Shown piece by piece: positions 25,619 through 34,671 of a stretch of DNA of 64,000 nt (its first letter is position 1; each line of letters begins with the position of its first letter). The stretch spans positions 1 through 64,000 of IMG/VR virus record IMGVR_UViG_3300013286_000501. One strand, written 5' to 3'. The DNA comes from a virus. The notes beneath the pieces were generated by a model that worked only from the letters and a program-made list of their open reading frames with translations, was not told the DNA's origin and made no database searches. The position numbers and the translations under genes were made by a program.

Positions 25619-26373
25619 TTTGTAATCTTTATATTTTTAACATCGGCACACATATTGATATTTTGATCTTTTTCTAAAAACACTTCATGTAAAAAATCAA
25701 ATTGATATAACTCGTAATTGTTCAAGTCACCTTTAGGTACAATCTTTCTTATCATAGCTTGGTCAATGACAACATCATAATGTTGATAATCATAGGGTTT
25801 ATTTTTCATGTGTGATTTTGTATCAACATACTGAACCGGTGCTGTATAGAAGTTTACATATGTATCGTTTTGTATTTGTGGAGGATAATCGTCATACCGA
25901 TTATCAAAGAGTGCCCACAAGATTGCAGAATATTCATCTGTTATTTTGTTGCGAACGTAGATTCCTGCTGATAGTTGACCGATACCCGTGCCTGAAAAAC
26001 TACCGACCTTTGCATCAAAACTTAATACGTAACGATCATTTGCCGGCAATAATAAATTGGCGCTAAATGCTGTAGCATTGCCGCCGCCTGTTATCGTTTG
26101 AAAATCACTGTAATTTTGTTTAATACAACTACTATAGGCATGTGGTTCCCAATGTATTTGGGCAAGGTTATTTTTAGCGGTGTATCTATCTGATGTTGTA
26201 AAATATCCAAGATAATGTGCATGGGCGTTCCAACGATATAGTTCATCACCATGTAATACATCTCCAGAATTACGAACCTGCAATTCTGGATTAACATCAT
26301 ACGGTATATTCAGTTCTGTATTACCTCCACACGAAATCAAAACAGTAGATAACAATGCCAACAATTTTTTCAT
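25615..26373 (-). CDS. putative lipoprotein
   Basis: MKKLLALLSTVLISC lipobox. Confidence 0.6.
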   Translation of the reverse strand: MKKLLALLSTVLISCGGNTELNIPYDVNPELQVRNSGDVLHGDELYRWNAHAHYLGYFTTSDRYTAKNNLAQIHWEPHAYSSCIKQNYSDFQTITGGGNATAFSANLLLPANDRYVLSFDAKVGSFSGTGIGQLSAGIYVRNKITDEYSAILWALFDNRYDDYPPQIQNDTYVNFYTAPVQYVDTKSHMKNKPYDYQHYDVVIDQAMIRKIVPKGDLNNYELYQFDFLHEVFLEKDQNINMCADVKNIKITK

Positions 26374-26382
26374 TTTGTTTCC

Positions 26383-26778
26383 TTAATATAAATGTGGTTC
26401 TACTGTGTGTTCATCTTTTAGAATCAGCATGACTTCTTCTTTGTTGGTATAGATCAACTGATTGTACTCCAAAATAATCCTACGCTGTGCTGGATCGATA
26501 CCGCACCAGGCATTGATCTTGTCATAACTGCCATGTGCTTCTTCCGGCACAGTATCTCGGATCCAACCTACTAATGCTTTAAATGCTTCGATAGTATTGC
26601 AAGGATGGCTACGTGCTATTGCCTTGGCAAAGTCGTTGGCCAGTACTGCTTCAAAACAACTGCCTGGCCTGAATCCCCACACTAGGTAGTTGTAGAAAGG
26701 ATCGGCAAACTCCTTGGGCACATCCCAACGTTCAAATGTTTGCATCAGTTTGTTTTTACTATATTTTGTCAAGTTCAT
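26383..26778 (-). CDS. hypothetical phage protein
   Basis: ORF track; starts in 21-bp repeat junction. Confidence 0.65.
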   Translation of the reverse strand: MNLTKYSKNKLMQTFERWDVPKEFADPFYNYLVWGFRPGSCFEAVLANDFAKAIARSHPCNTIEAFKALVGWIRDTVPEEAHGSYDKINAWCGIDPAQRRIILEYNQLIYTNKEEVMLILKDEHTVEPHLY

Positions 26779-27011
26779 TCTTCAACTCCGAAATGTTTTG
26801 TAAATCTTTCTTGCCAATCTCGCAACCATTCAATATATTCTGTAGGTCGTTCGCCGGGCTCAAAACAATGATACGCATCGTCCTCTGCTTGTTCCATCAA
26901 CCCACACATTTCTTTCACAATCAACTGGGCGAGGATTTCATCATAGATACTACGTGTTTCGCTACATTTACGGTCAGCCTCTGCCATTAGTTCTTTAATT
27001 CGTTCGTTCAT
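26775..27011 (-). CDS. MNERI..HFGVEE family mini-protein
   Basis: Paralogous termini shared with 27008, 27528, 27897 ORFs. Confidence 0.75.
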   Translation of the reverse strand: MNERIKELMAEADRKCSETRSIYDEILAQLIVKEMCGLMEQAEDDAYHCFEPGERPTEYIEWLRDWQERFTKHFGVEE

Positions 27012-27256
27012 TCTTCAACTCCGAAATGTTTGTTAGGGCGTATGTTTAACATTACTCTATTGATTTCATCAACAATATAAAATGCATCGGGTGTACCATA
27101 TTGTTCAACGATTCCGACACATTCTCTCACAATCAACTCGGCGAACTTTCCCTTGTCGAACTTATAGTGTTTAACAGTTTTGTGATTATATTGATCAAAA
27201 GTTTCGTAAGCAAGTTCCGTAGCCTCATCAGCAAGTTGTCGAATTCGTTCGTTCAT
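27008..27256 (-). CDS. MNERI..HFGVEE family mini-protein
   Basis: FAELIVREC core. Confidence 0.75.
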   Translation of the reverse strand: MNERIRQLADEATELAYETFDQYNHKTVKHYKFDKGKFAELIVRECVGIVEQYGTPDAFYIVDEINRVMLNIRPNKHFGVEE

Positions 27257-27531
27257 AATGTTTTACAATAGTCCTTAACTGCCTGGTCAATAACTCGGTT
27301 TATGTTGTCGAACAAGTCTTGAGCTTCTTGTGACAGTGCTTTTTCGTATCCACTTTCCCATAGCAAGTGTCCCCACTCACGCCAGAACTGTACGGTACGG
27401 TACAATCCCTTGCGGGGAATCTTGCCAAACTCTCCGTAGCCGGAAAATTCACCATCATCGTCCCAGCCACGAAACTGTGGACACTCGCACATGGCCTCAT
27501 AGCAAGCATCGTGTAATTCTTGTGCTGTCAT
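27253..27531 (-). CDS. hypothetical protein
   Basis: Coupled ORF inside mini-gene array. Confidence 0.65.
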   Translation of the reverse strand: MTAQELHDACYEAMCECPQFRGWDDDGEFSGYGEFGKIPRKGLYRTVQFWREWGHLLWESGYEKALSQEAQDLFDNINRVIDQAVKDYCKTL

Positions 27532-27794
27532 TCTTCAACTCCGAAATGCTCTTTAATCGTTCTAACACATCCATTAGCGGCACTACGCACATCATTCAAT
27601 CGACCATCTTGGATAATAGCAGTAGCACATTCTCGCACAATCAACTCGGCGAACTTTTGATTGAATTGTGTATGCCAACCCACGTGTCCATCTTCCCAAA
27701 TCTTGCCCGGAGTTTTACTTCTAACAGGTCCGGTATATGTTTCATTCACATAGTCACCAGCCTGTTTACTAAGTTTTCTAATTTGTTCGTTCAT
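27528..27794 (-). CDS. MNERI..HFGVEE family mini-protein
   Basis: FAELIVREC core. Confidence 0.75.
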   Translation of the reverse strand: MNEQIRKLSKQAGDYVNETYTGPVRSKTPGKIWEDGHVGWHTQFNQKFAELIVRECATAIIQDGRLNDVRSAANGCVRTIKEHFGVEE

Positions 27795-27900
27795 TCTTCA
27801 ACTCCGAAATGTTTTTACATTTATGAAATGGCATAATGCGGCCAAGCCAGCCAATAAGTTCGCCACATGTTTGGCAACAATATGATGGATATTTGTTCAT
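27778..27900 (-). CDS. small Cys/His protein (40 aa, MNKYPSYCCQTCGELIGWLG..)
   Basis: Hand-translated; starts at repeat ATG; CxxC..HxC. Confidence 0.5.
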   Translation of the reverse strand: MNKYPSYCCQTCGELIGWLGRIMPFHKCKNISELKNERTN

Positions 27901-28139
27901 TCTTCAACTCCGAAATGTTTGTTAGGGCGTATGTTTAACATTACTCTATTGATTTCATCAACAATATAAAATGCATCGGGTGTACCATATTGTTCAACGA
28001 TTCCGACACATTCCTGAACAATCAACTCGGCGAACTTTTCTCTATCAAATTTAGCATAGGAACTTGAATAACCTTGTGAATTAACCGTATCTACAATGGT
28101 AGTAGCCTGTTCAGCAAGTTCTCGAATTTGTTCGTTCAT
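27897..28139 (-). CDS. MNERI..HFGVEE family mini-protein
   Basis: C-terminal half identical to 27008-27256. Confidence 0.75.
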   Translation of the reverse strand: MNEQIRELAEQATTIVDTVNSQGYSSSYAKFDREKFAELIVQECVGIVEQYGTPDAFYIVDEINRVMLNIRPNKHFGVEE

Positions 28140-28142
28140 ATG

Positions 28143-28967
28143 TCATACCTCAAAGTAAAAGCCAGGAATAAATTGATCACCTTCCCAAGGAAGGTATCCC
28201 CTAGGATTACTAATGATCCGTGTAGAGCCAATCATAAAATTTACCGGGTCATGCATGTGCCCGTGGCACCACACCTTGATGTTTTCGTTGTCAAGGATGA
28301 ACTCACTCATGTCACTGGCATAGGCACCATTGCTGGTAGTTTCATGTTTATACTTTTCATTTATACTCATGTAGCTGGGAGCCATATGTGTAATAACCAC
28401 AAAAGGTTTATCTCTGTTCATTTCCAACACAGCCTTAAAATACTGTTTGGTCTTACGATGAATAGCCACTGTATGTTCCGGTGTCAATTTATGATAGAGA
28501 CTTTTAGCAGGATAGAAGTTTTGAATAACCTGGTAGTCATTCATAAAACTTCTCATAGAATGAACAGTGATAGGATCACCCTTGTTCATATCGGTCCATA
28601 ATGTAGCACCCATGAACATAACACCTTCATACTCTACTACCTCATCTTCCAGAATGGTCACGTTGGGGGGCATCAAGGATTTTAAATCATTATAAGTTTT
28701 ATCCAATCTATGATGATAGAATTCGTGATTTCCCAGCACATAGAACACTTTCTTATATTTGGCACATTCGTGATAAAAGAAATCATAGGCATTCAATCCA
28801 CCGGGAGTATAGGGAATTACTCGAGTGCTATGAAAGTCCTTTTTGAGAGTTCGGTATTCACAGATATCTCCGGCCAATATCAATAGATCTCCCCCAGGAA
28901 GTGATTGGTATCCAAACTCAAGGTGAAGATCGGAAACAAGAGATATGTTAAGTTTAGTGTGCGTCAT
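28143..28967 (-). CDS. calcineurin-like metallophosphoesterase
   Basis: SDLHLE, LAGDI, LGNHEFY, THMAP, HGHMH; TTGACT-17-TATAAT promoter at 28974-29002. Confidence 0.9.
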   Translation of the reverse strand: MTHTKLNISLVSDLHLEFGYQSLPGGDLLILAGDICEYRTLKKDFHSTRVIPYTPGGLNAYDFFYHECAKYKKVFYVLGNHEFYHHRLDKTYNDLKSLMPPNVTILEDEVVEYEGVMFMGATLWTDMNKGDPITVHSMRSFMNDYQVIQNFYPAKSLYHKLTPEHTVAIHRKTKQYFKAVLEMNRDKPFVVITHMAPSYMSINEKYKHETTSNGAYASDMSEFILDNENIKVWCHGHMHDPVNFMIGSTRIISNPRGYLPWEGDQFIPGFYFEV

Positions 28968-29041
28968 GTTAATATTATACAGGAAAACCACAAAAAAGTC
29001 AAGTCTGATTTTACCAAGTTAAATAGTAAAAAGGATCTATT

Positions 29042-29461
29042 ATGGACAGAATTAAGCGTGGTATTTGGTTTGCATTAGGGATGATCTGCTTGGGCATTGC
29101 CTATATTGGAGTAGTAACACCCGGAATTCCGTGGTCAACTCCCACAGTCGGTGCTGCCTACTGCTTTGCCAAAAGCAATAAGAAGTGGCACGATTGGATT
29201 ATGAACCATAAACTGTTTGGACCCTTCCTCCGCAATTGGAGTGAGAAGCGTGTATTCCCCACATATGGTAAGTGGGCCATGGTCATCACTATGGATGTTA
29301 GTTTGATCATATTGTGGTTTACTACCTACAACTGGAAGTTGGTAGCAGGTGTTGGCCTAGGAATGGCACTCTGCGCTGTATGGGCATTACGTTATCCTAG
29401 CAGCCCAGAAGAGTATGACCAAAGAAAAGCCAATGGTCTACGCATTGGCTGGTTCAAATAA
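29042..29461 (+). CDS. YbaN/DUF454 family inner-membrane protein
   Basis: GVVTPGIP..P....AAYCFAKS...HDWI.NH.LFGP. Confidence 0.85.
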   Translation: MDRIKRGIWFALGMICLGIAYIGVVTPGIPWSTPTVGAAYCFAKSNKKWHDWIMNHKLFGPFLRNWSEKRVFPTYGKWAMVITMDVSLIILWFTTYNWKLVAGVGLGMALCAVWALRYPSSPEEYDQRKANGLRIGWFK

Positions 29462-29463
29462 AA

Positions 29464-29481
29464 TAGGACCCGAAGGTCCTA
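29464..29481. terminator. UUCG hairpin between convergent genes
   Basis: TAGGACC-TTCG-GGTCCTA on minus strand. Confidence 0.6.
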
Positions 29482-29562
29482 CCACTGGTTACGAGAATCC
29501 AGCGACACTCTATCTTGTGCCCGATTTAAATATGCTTCCAAAAAAACTTCGGAAGCTGGAAA

Positions 29563-30216
29563 TTACTTCCCCAATAGCGTATCAACCTTTGCTTCGGCAA
29601 CATCTAAACGTGCTTCGATAGTATCCAATTCTGGATCAGCTGGAGTTGCAATTGCTTCGGCAATTTCAGCGTGTACTTCGGGAGCAACTTCTTCACCTGT
29701 TGCGGCAGCAATAACTTCAGCAACTGCGCCTGCAACTTCTTCTGCAACTTCTGGAGCTGGGGCTGGCATGTCAGCAACTGCTTCCATGATAGCGGCTGTG
29801 ATTGCTACTGGATCTGTAACAACTTCTGGCTCTGCTGCAACAACTGCTTGAACTGCGGCTGAAACGATATCAGCAACTTCAGTATTCATAACTGGGTCTG
29901 CTTCTGCTTGTGCTGTAACAACGTCAGCAACAATGTCAGCAGCTTCTGCGTGGTCAGCACTAGGAGATAGTGCAACTACTTCTGCAACTGCGGCTTGGAT
30001 GCTCTCAACAGCTTGTGCTGCTGCGGCAACAATAGCATCAACGTGTTCTTGAGTTTTCACAGAGATCAATTGATCAACTGTAATTTCAACAAGTGTTAAT
30101 CTTGCGTCTAGTTCAGCAATGCTTGTGGCATTGTCTGTATTAACTGTTGTGCCAGTTAGGTTTGCTAACTTGGCTTCTACGGCTACTAATCTTGCGGCTA
30201 GGTCTTCAAATCTCAT
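29563..30216 (-). CDS. acidic Ala/Val/Glu-rich protein with terminal coiled-coil repeats
   Basis: L.ARL..VE.K/T repeats at both ends; SD AAGGAG. Confidence 0.7.
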   Translation of the reverse strand: MRFEDLAARLVAVEAKLANLTGTTVNTDNATSIAELDARLTLVEITVDQLISVKTQEHVDAIVAAAAQAVESIQAAVAEVVALSPSADHAEAADIVADVVTAQAEADPVMNTEVADIVSAAVQAVVAAEPEVVTDPVAITAAIMEAVADMPAPAPEVAEEVAGAVAEVIAAATGEEVAPEVHAEIAEAIATPADPELDTIEARLDVAEAKVDTLLGK

Positions 30217-30297
30217 GGGTTGCTCCTTGTTTTATGAGTGTGTGCCACTTCGGCACGCAATTATTTAACCATGTACATATTACATTGAGATTACAAT

Positions 30298-31305
30298 TTA
30301 ATGTTTTTCAACCAAATTGTCACGAAATATTTCCCAGGCTCGTTGCCAACTCCAACGCTGACTTACTCTATGCACATCAGCTCTATCAATTTTCAAACAT
30401 TTGTCAACAGCTACAGCTAGGCCTTCGCGATCTTCAACCATAAATCCAGTAACGCCTTGATCAATAACATCTTTGGGGCCTTGGCAGTTGTATGCCGCCA
30501 CAGGTGTGCCGCAGGCCATTGCTTCAATCATGACTATACCAAATGTTTCCCACTTGCTGGGAAATACAAATACTTCAGCATTGGCATAGTATCGTGCTAG
30601 ATCTACGCCGGTCTTGAATCCTGTGAATGTAACATCTGGATATTTCTTTCGATAGATTTCTAGCATCGGTCCATCACCTACCATAATCTTTTGGTATCCA
30701 GGGTAGTCTAATTCCAGGAATGCTTCTAAATTCTTTTCCTTACTAACACGGCTAACACATAACAGATACTTACTAGGTAAATTTTCTCTTAACTCCGGTT
30801 TAAAAACATTACGATCAACACCACGTGTCCAAGGAATAACTTCACCCTTAAATCCGTGTGCTTGTAATTCTTTGACCATACTATCAGTAGTGGTCAACAC
30901 CTTGCCACTATGCTTGTGAAACCAGCGCACAAAATGCCAGGTAAGAGTTTCGGGAATACCAAATAACAATTTTAACCCTTCAGGAAAGCGAGTATGATAA
31001 GCGGTATTGTGCCTAATACCAGCCAATGACAAATACTTTCTAGCCCAACAACCAAGAGGACCTTCTGTCGCGATGTGTATATAATCCGGAGAAATCTCCT
31101 CGATCTTCTTGCCCATGTTGCGCGGCCAGGCAAGTTTGACTTCGTTATATTTAGGGCAATCAATGTAGCCGAACCACCCGGGATGCAGCACCACAAACTT
31201 ATAACCATCCAGAATCGCACATGCCTCAATATTCGTGTAGGTCGTGACCACGCCATTTATTTGCTCCGGTAAATTATCTGTTATTATCAGTATAGTTTTT
31301 GACAC
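30298..31305 (-). CDS. GT4 glycosyltransferase (Agt-like glycolipid synthase)
   Basis: QINGVVTT, HIATEGPLG, YHTRFPE, ETFGIVMIEAMACGTP. Confidence 0.88.
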   Translation of the reverse strand: MSKTILIITDNLPEQINGVVTTYTNIEACAILDGYKFVVLHPGWFGYIDCPKYNEVKLAWPRNMGKKIEEISPDYIHIATEGPLGCWARKYLSLAGIRHNTAYHTRFPEGLKLLFGIPETLTWHFVRWFHKHSGKVLTTTDSMVKELQAHGFKGEVIPWTRGVDRNVFKPELRENLPSKYLLCVSRVSKEKNLEAFLELDYPGYQKIMVGDGPMLEIYRKKYPDVTFTGFKTGVDLARYYANAEVFVFPSKWETFGIVMIEAMACGTPVAAYNCQGPKDVIDQGVTGFMVEDREGLAVAVDKCLKIDRADVHRVSQRWSWQRAWEIFRDNLVEKH

Positions 31306-31326
31306 TTGCCGTCTACCTTAAAACTC

Positions 31327-32214
31327 TTAAACTTTAGATTCCACTTCATTGTGCTCAATACTTGTTCGCAAGTTTTTTGATCCTCGAACTTTAGTTCTAT
31401 CCTGCCTGGTTGATCCTGCGGATCCGTCAGGTGTACTGCTATTAATATCATCAGCCACATCGTCTTTCTCCTTGGTCCAAGTTATGATTTCCCAATGACC
31501 ATCCCAGTGTTCGACTAGGGCAGTGCATGACTCAACCCAGTCACCGTCATTCATATAAATGATGCCATCTATATCTTTTATTTCAGCATGGTGTATATGT
31601 CCACATATCACACCATCGAATCCACGCTTCTTGCAATAGGCTGCTAGATTATGTTCAAACTTGAACATAAAATCTACTGCCTTCTTTACTCTGTGCTTAA
31701 GATATTTGCTAATACTAAAGTACCCAAAACCAAAACGATGGCGTATCCAATTGAACTTACTATTGAGCGAAAGAATGACATCATATGCTTTATCTCCTAA
31801 AAATGCTAGCCATGGCGCTAGTCTTGTAATGCCGTCAAATAGATCACCGTGGACTACGAGGTAGTGCTTACCGTCAGCACCTATATGTTCTATTTGATTA
31901 TGTATTTCTACTAGACCAAAACTGAAACCGTATGTAATTAATGGACGAAGAAATTCGTCATGATTTCCTGCAACATATATAACACGGGTACCACGCTTAC
32001 TGTGCCCAAGGACACGCCTAACAACATTAGTATGGCTTTGTTTCCATCTCCATTTGTTTTGTTGGATTCGCCACGCATCAATAATGTCTCCTACTAAGTA
32101 GAGGGTATCACAAGTATTGTGTTTAAGAAAATTGTTTAACTTTTCCGCTTGGCTATCTTTGGTTCCGAGATGAATGTCAGAAATGAAAATGCTACGATAA
32201 GTTTTGGTTTTCAT
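31327..32214 (-). CDS. PlcP-like phospholipase C (LpxH-superfamily metallophosphoesterase)
   Basis: FISDIHLG, LVGDIID, GNHD, HGD.FD, CGHIH, NDGDWVES; adjacent to Agt-like GT4. Confidence 0.8.
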   Translation of the reverse strand: MKTKTYRSIFISDIHLGTKDSQAEKLNNFLKHNTCDTLYLVGDIIDAWRIQQNKWRWKQSHTNVVRRVLGHSKRGTRVIYVAGNHDEFLRPLITYGFSFGLVEIHNQIEHIGADGKHYLVVHGDLFDGITRLAPWLAFLGDKAYDVILSLNSKFNWIRHRFGFGYFSISKYLKHRVKKAVDFMFKFEHNLAAYCKKRGFDGVICGHIHHAEIKDIDGIIYMNDGDWVESCTALVEHWDGHWEIITWTKEKDDVADDINSSTPDGSAGSTRQDRTKVRGSKNLRTSIEHNEVESKV

Positions 32215-32257
32215 ACCGTATTTATCGTAGCAATGTGTGTAAAATATTACAGTTGTA

Positions 32258-32416
32258 TTACACCTGCACTATTGTCCATTTAGTTGTAAATGGTTTACCT
32301 TCGGCCTTGTGTTTCAAGATCTTGGCGAATTCCTTCTTGCGAAGTTCAAACTGTTTCTCGGCATTGTGGTCGAAGCAAGCCTTATACACTTTTCTAACTA
32401 ATTTAGATTGTTTCAT
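32258..32416 (-). CDS. small basic hypothetical protein (52 aa)
   Basis: Hand-translated MKQSKLVRKVYKACFDHN..; SD AGGAGG. Confidence 0.55.
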   Translation of the reverse strand: MKQSKLVRKVYKACFDHNAEKQFELRKKEFAKILKHKAEGKPFTTKWTIVQV

Positions 32417-32461
32417 AGATTGTCCCTCCTTGAAAACTATTTATACTGTTTTGTCAAACAA

Positions 32462-32863
32462 TTAAAATCTTTCAGCAAGACTCTTGTATCCAGCCCAGCT
32501 TGGGTGAATCTTGTCTGCCTGCCAGCGTGTTGTGATTAATACTGTGTCCCCAAAATGTTCTGCAACTTTACGGACATGCTGCACTGCTTCGAACTTACTT
32601 TCACGATTTGGCTCGATCCAGAACACTTTAGTATCCCCTTTAATTTTCGTGCGAATGTTTATTAACATACCATAGGTATCGGCTTTTTCCCAATCGTTGG
32701 TACTTAAACTAATGATAACAGTTTTGGCAGTTAAATCTTTATTACCAAACTTCGTGTTCCATCTGTGGCTAGTAATCCCACCCTGTGCGTAGGCTACACA
32801 ATCAGGTCGGAACTGGTGTGTGCCCACTGCAATGCTATCTCCTAAAATTAGGCACTCCAGCAT
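32462..32863 (-). CDS. SGNH/GDSL hydrolase-like protein
   Basis: ILGDSIA, STND, DKIHP. Confidence 0.75.
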   Translation of the reverse strand: MLECLILGDSIAVGTHQFRPDCVAYAQGGITSHRWNTKFGNKDLTAKTVIISLSTNDWEKADTYGMLINIRTKIKGDTKVFWIEPNRESKFEAVQHVRKVAEHFGDTVLITTRWQADKIHPSWAGYKSLAERF

Positions 32864-32991
32864 TAGATGGTCTCGTAGTCTTCTTTGCCTACACCGCATT
32901 CTGGGCACAGGAAATCATCGGGCAAAGAATCCCATGCGCCTTCTAGTTCTTCACTGTGGACATGGCCACAAACAATACAAACGTGTTCCAT
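32863..32991 (-). CDS. rubredoxin (42 aa, missed by ORF track)
   Basis: MEHVCIVCGHVH..WDSLPDDFLCPECGVGKEDY. Confidence 0.9.
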   Translation of the reverse strand: MEHVCIVCGHVHSEELEGAWDSLPDDFLCPECGVGKEDYETI

Positions 32992-33440
32992 TATAGTGAC
33001 TCCTTAACTTGTTGATACGCTTCTGCGTGACGCTGTTCTACTCGCTTCAATGCGGCAAAACGCTTTTCAGCTTTGGCTAGAACTGCGGCAAACTGATAAG
33101 CGTGTTCTTTACTTTCTTCAATTTGTGCTTTAGCTTCTGCTACGGCATTATCGTGGCCTTCGGCATTGGCGGCTGCTGCGAACTCTGGATACATTGTAGT
33201 GAACTCATATGTTTCACCTTCGATAGCCATTTCCAAACACTGCTTAACATCCGGCTTGCCGATCAGCAATTCCAAATGACCCCAAGCGTGTAGCAGTTCT
33301 TGGTCTGCGGTATGTTCGAAATGTTGGGCAACTTCTTCAAAACCTTGCGCTCTTGCCATCTTGGCAAAGTAGCGGTACTTGGTATGGGCCTGACTTTCAC
33401 CTGCGAAAGCGGCCTCTAAATTTTTAATTGTAACAGACAT
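32991..33440 (-). CDS. rubrerythrin-family protein
   Basis: NLEAAFAGESQA..KY, QELLHA, GETYEFTTMYP, ESKEHA. Confidence 0.9.
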   Translation of the reverse strand: MSVTIKNLEAAFAGESQAHTKYRYFAKMARAQGFEEVAQHFEHTADQELLHAWGHLELLIGKPDVKQCLEMAIEGETYEFTTMYPEFAAAANAEGHDNAVAEAKAQIEESKEHAYQFAAVLAKAEKRFAALKRVEQRHAEAYQQVKESL

Positions 33441-33685
33441 CAGAACTCCTTTAATTTTTTTATGTCTTTGTGCTTAACAATTATAAGATTGTGTATAGCA
33501 CCTTTATACTTAATCGGAAGATCTAAATGAATAGAAATTCTTGGACCTTCAATATCGTTTATCTTTGTATCATTACCGACAGTACCAACAAATGGAATTT
33601 TATTCCAGTGTCCAAATACTCGTTCACCTATCCAGTATTTAGGTTGGTATCCAATTTTGTTAAAGTAATCAGTTTGATTTCCCAT
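33440..33685 (-). CDS. hypothetical phage protein
   Basis: ORF track. Confidence 0.6.
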   Translation of the reverse strand: MGNQTDYFNKIGYQPKYWIGERVFGHWNKIPFVGTVGNDTKINDIEGPRISIHLDLPIKYKGAIHNLIIVKHKDIKKLKEF

Positions 33686-33703
33686 ACACTTCTCAACATT
33701 TGT

Positions 33704-33862
33704 TTATACAAATATACCAACTAAAATTACAATAAATCCTATGGCCAGTATAAGGCTTAAAAAGTTAATAAACCAAAGTTGCAAGATGCCGTGCTCCGAT
33801 GTACACCAAGGACAGCGTGTACTAAATGCAGGAGTAGACTTCGTGCATCTTGGGCAAATCAT
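33704..33862 (-). CDS. small Zn-ribbon membrane protein (52 aa)
   Basis: Hand-translated MICPRC..RCPWC plus hydrophobic tail. Confidence 0.5.
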   Translation of the reverse strand: MICPRCTKSTPAFSTRCPWCTSEHGILQLWFINFLSLILAIGFIVILVGIFV

Positions 33863-34089
33863 ATAGCTATTCCAATTACTTTATAAATTAACTGATCCAG
33901 CTCTGTTTGATAATCGTGATTACCTACTCTGCGCTTTAGCCAAATCTTTTCTACTAAATCTTTGGCATTGATATCTGTATCTGGAGGCAGCTCTCCACGA
34001 GATTCTAGTTCTTCCTTAAGGTCATCTGTGTCAAAATCAGAGAGATCAACATCAACTTCGACTTCTGTGTATACTGTTTTATAGGTCAT
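33859..34089 (-). CDS. hypothetical phage protein
   Basis: ORF track. Confidence 0.6.
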   Translation of the reverse strand: MTYKTVYTEVEVDVDLSDFDTDDLKEELESRGELPPDTDINAKDLVEKIWLKRRVGNHDYQTELDQLIYKVIGIAI

Positions 34090-34090
34090 A

Positions 34091-34621
34091 TTATCTTTCT
34101 CTTATTTTAAGTTTAGCGTAGATGTTTTGCACACCTACTGACTGTCGGATAGCATCTTGTAATGCATCGTGTTTACTACCTTGAGGCATCTCTGGATCAT
34201 ATCCTAGATCAAAAAGGGTGCGAGTATCACGTAGTTGCCAATAGCTCCAAGGCAATGGTTTGTTCAATTGCTGGAAAATATCTTCAATGATAACCAAATC
34301 GAATGTAGCACCGTGACTCCAAAACGCTGAACAACCCCAAGCAAACTTATGAAACTGATCCATAGCATCTACTAGGCTAATGCGATTGTCTGGGCTAAAC
34401 GCTTCTTCCATAACAGTAGGGTCTTGCTTGCTCCACCACAAAAGTGTGTTAGGATCAATTTCACGACCTAGCTTGTCTTGGTCGTCGATGCTGATACGGA
34501 AATACAGTTTATCTCCGTAACCATTTCCATAGGGATTAAAATGAACTGCTCCCAGGGATAGGACTACCGCCTTTGGAGACACTGCCATAGTCTCCATGTC
34601 AATCATCAAATGTTTTGCCAT
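34091..34621 (-). CDS. DEDD 3'-5' exonuclease (DUF5051/RNase AS-like)
   Basis: MIDMET, GATFD, RDTRT, HDALQDA. Confidence 0.85.
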   Translation of the reverse strand: MAKHLMIDMETMAVSPKAVVLSLGAVHFNPYGNGYGDKLYFRISIDDQDKLGREIDPNTLLWWSKQDPTVMEEAFSPDNRISLVDAMDQFHKFAWGCSAFWSHGATFDLVIIEDIFQQLNKPLPWSYWQLRDTRTLFDLGYDPEMPQGSKHDALQDAIRQSVGVQNIYAKLKIRER

Positions 34622-34671
34622 TTTGGCTTTCTATATGTAAAAGTATAGTTTAACAGGTTACAAGAAGTTTG

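Larger units (their letters stand above)
26775..27917. repeat. five exact 21-bp direct repeats TCATTCTTCAACTCCGAAATG at gene junctions
   Basis: Copies start at 26775, 27008, 27528, 27791, 27897. Confidence 0.95.

Noticed and set aside
26775-27917. CRISPR array
   Set aside because: Repeat spacing is 106-520 nt and irregular, the intervals are intact ORFs, and no cas genes are present
31327-32214. Lipid A enzyme LpxH
   Set aside because: GNHD rather than GNRD, and linkage to an Agt-like GT4, favour a PlcP-like call
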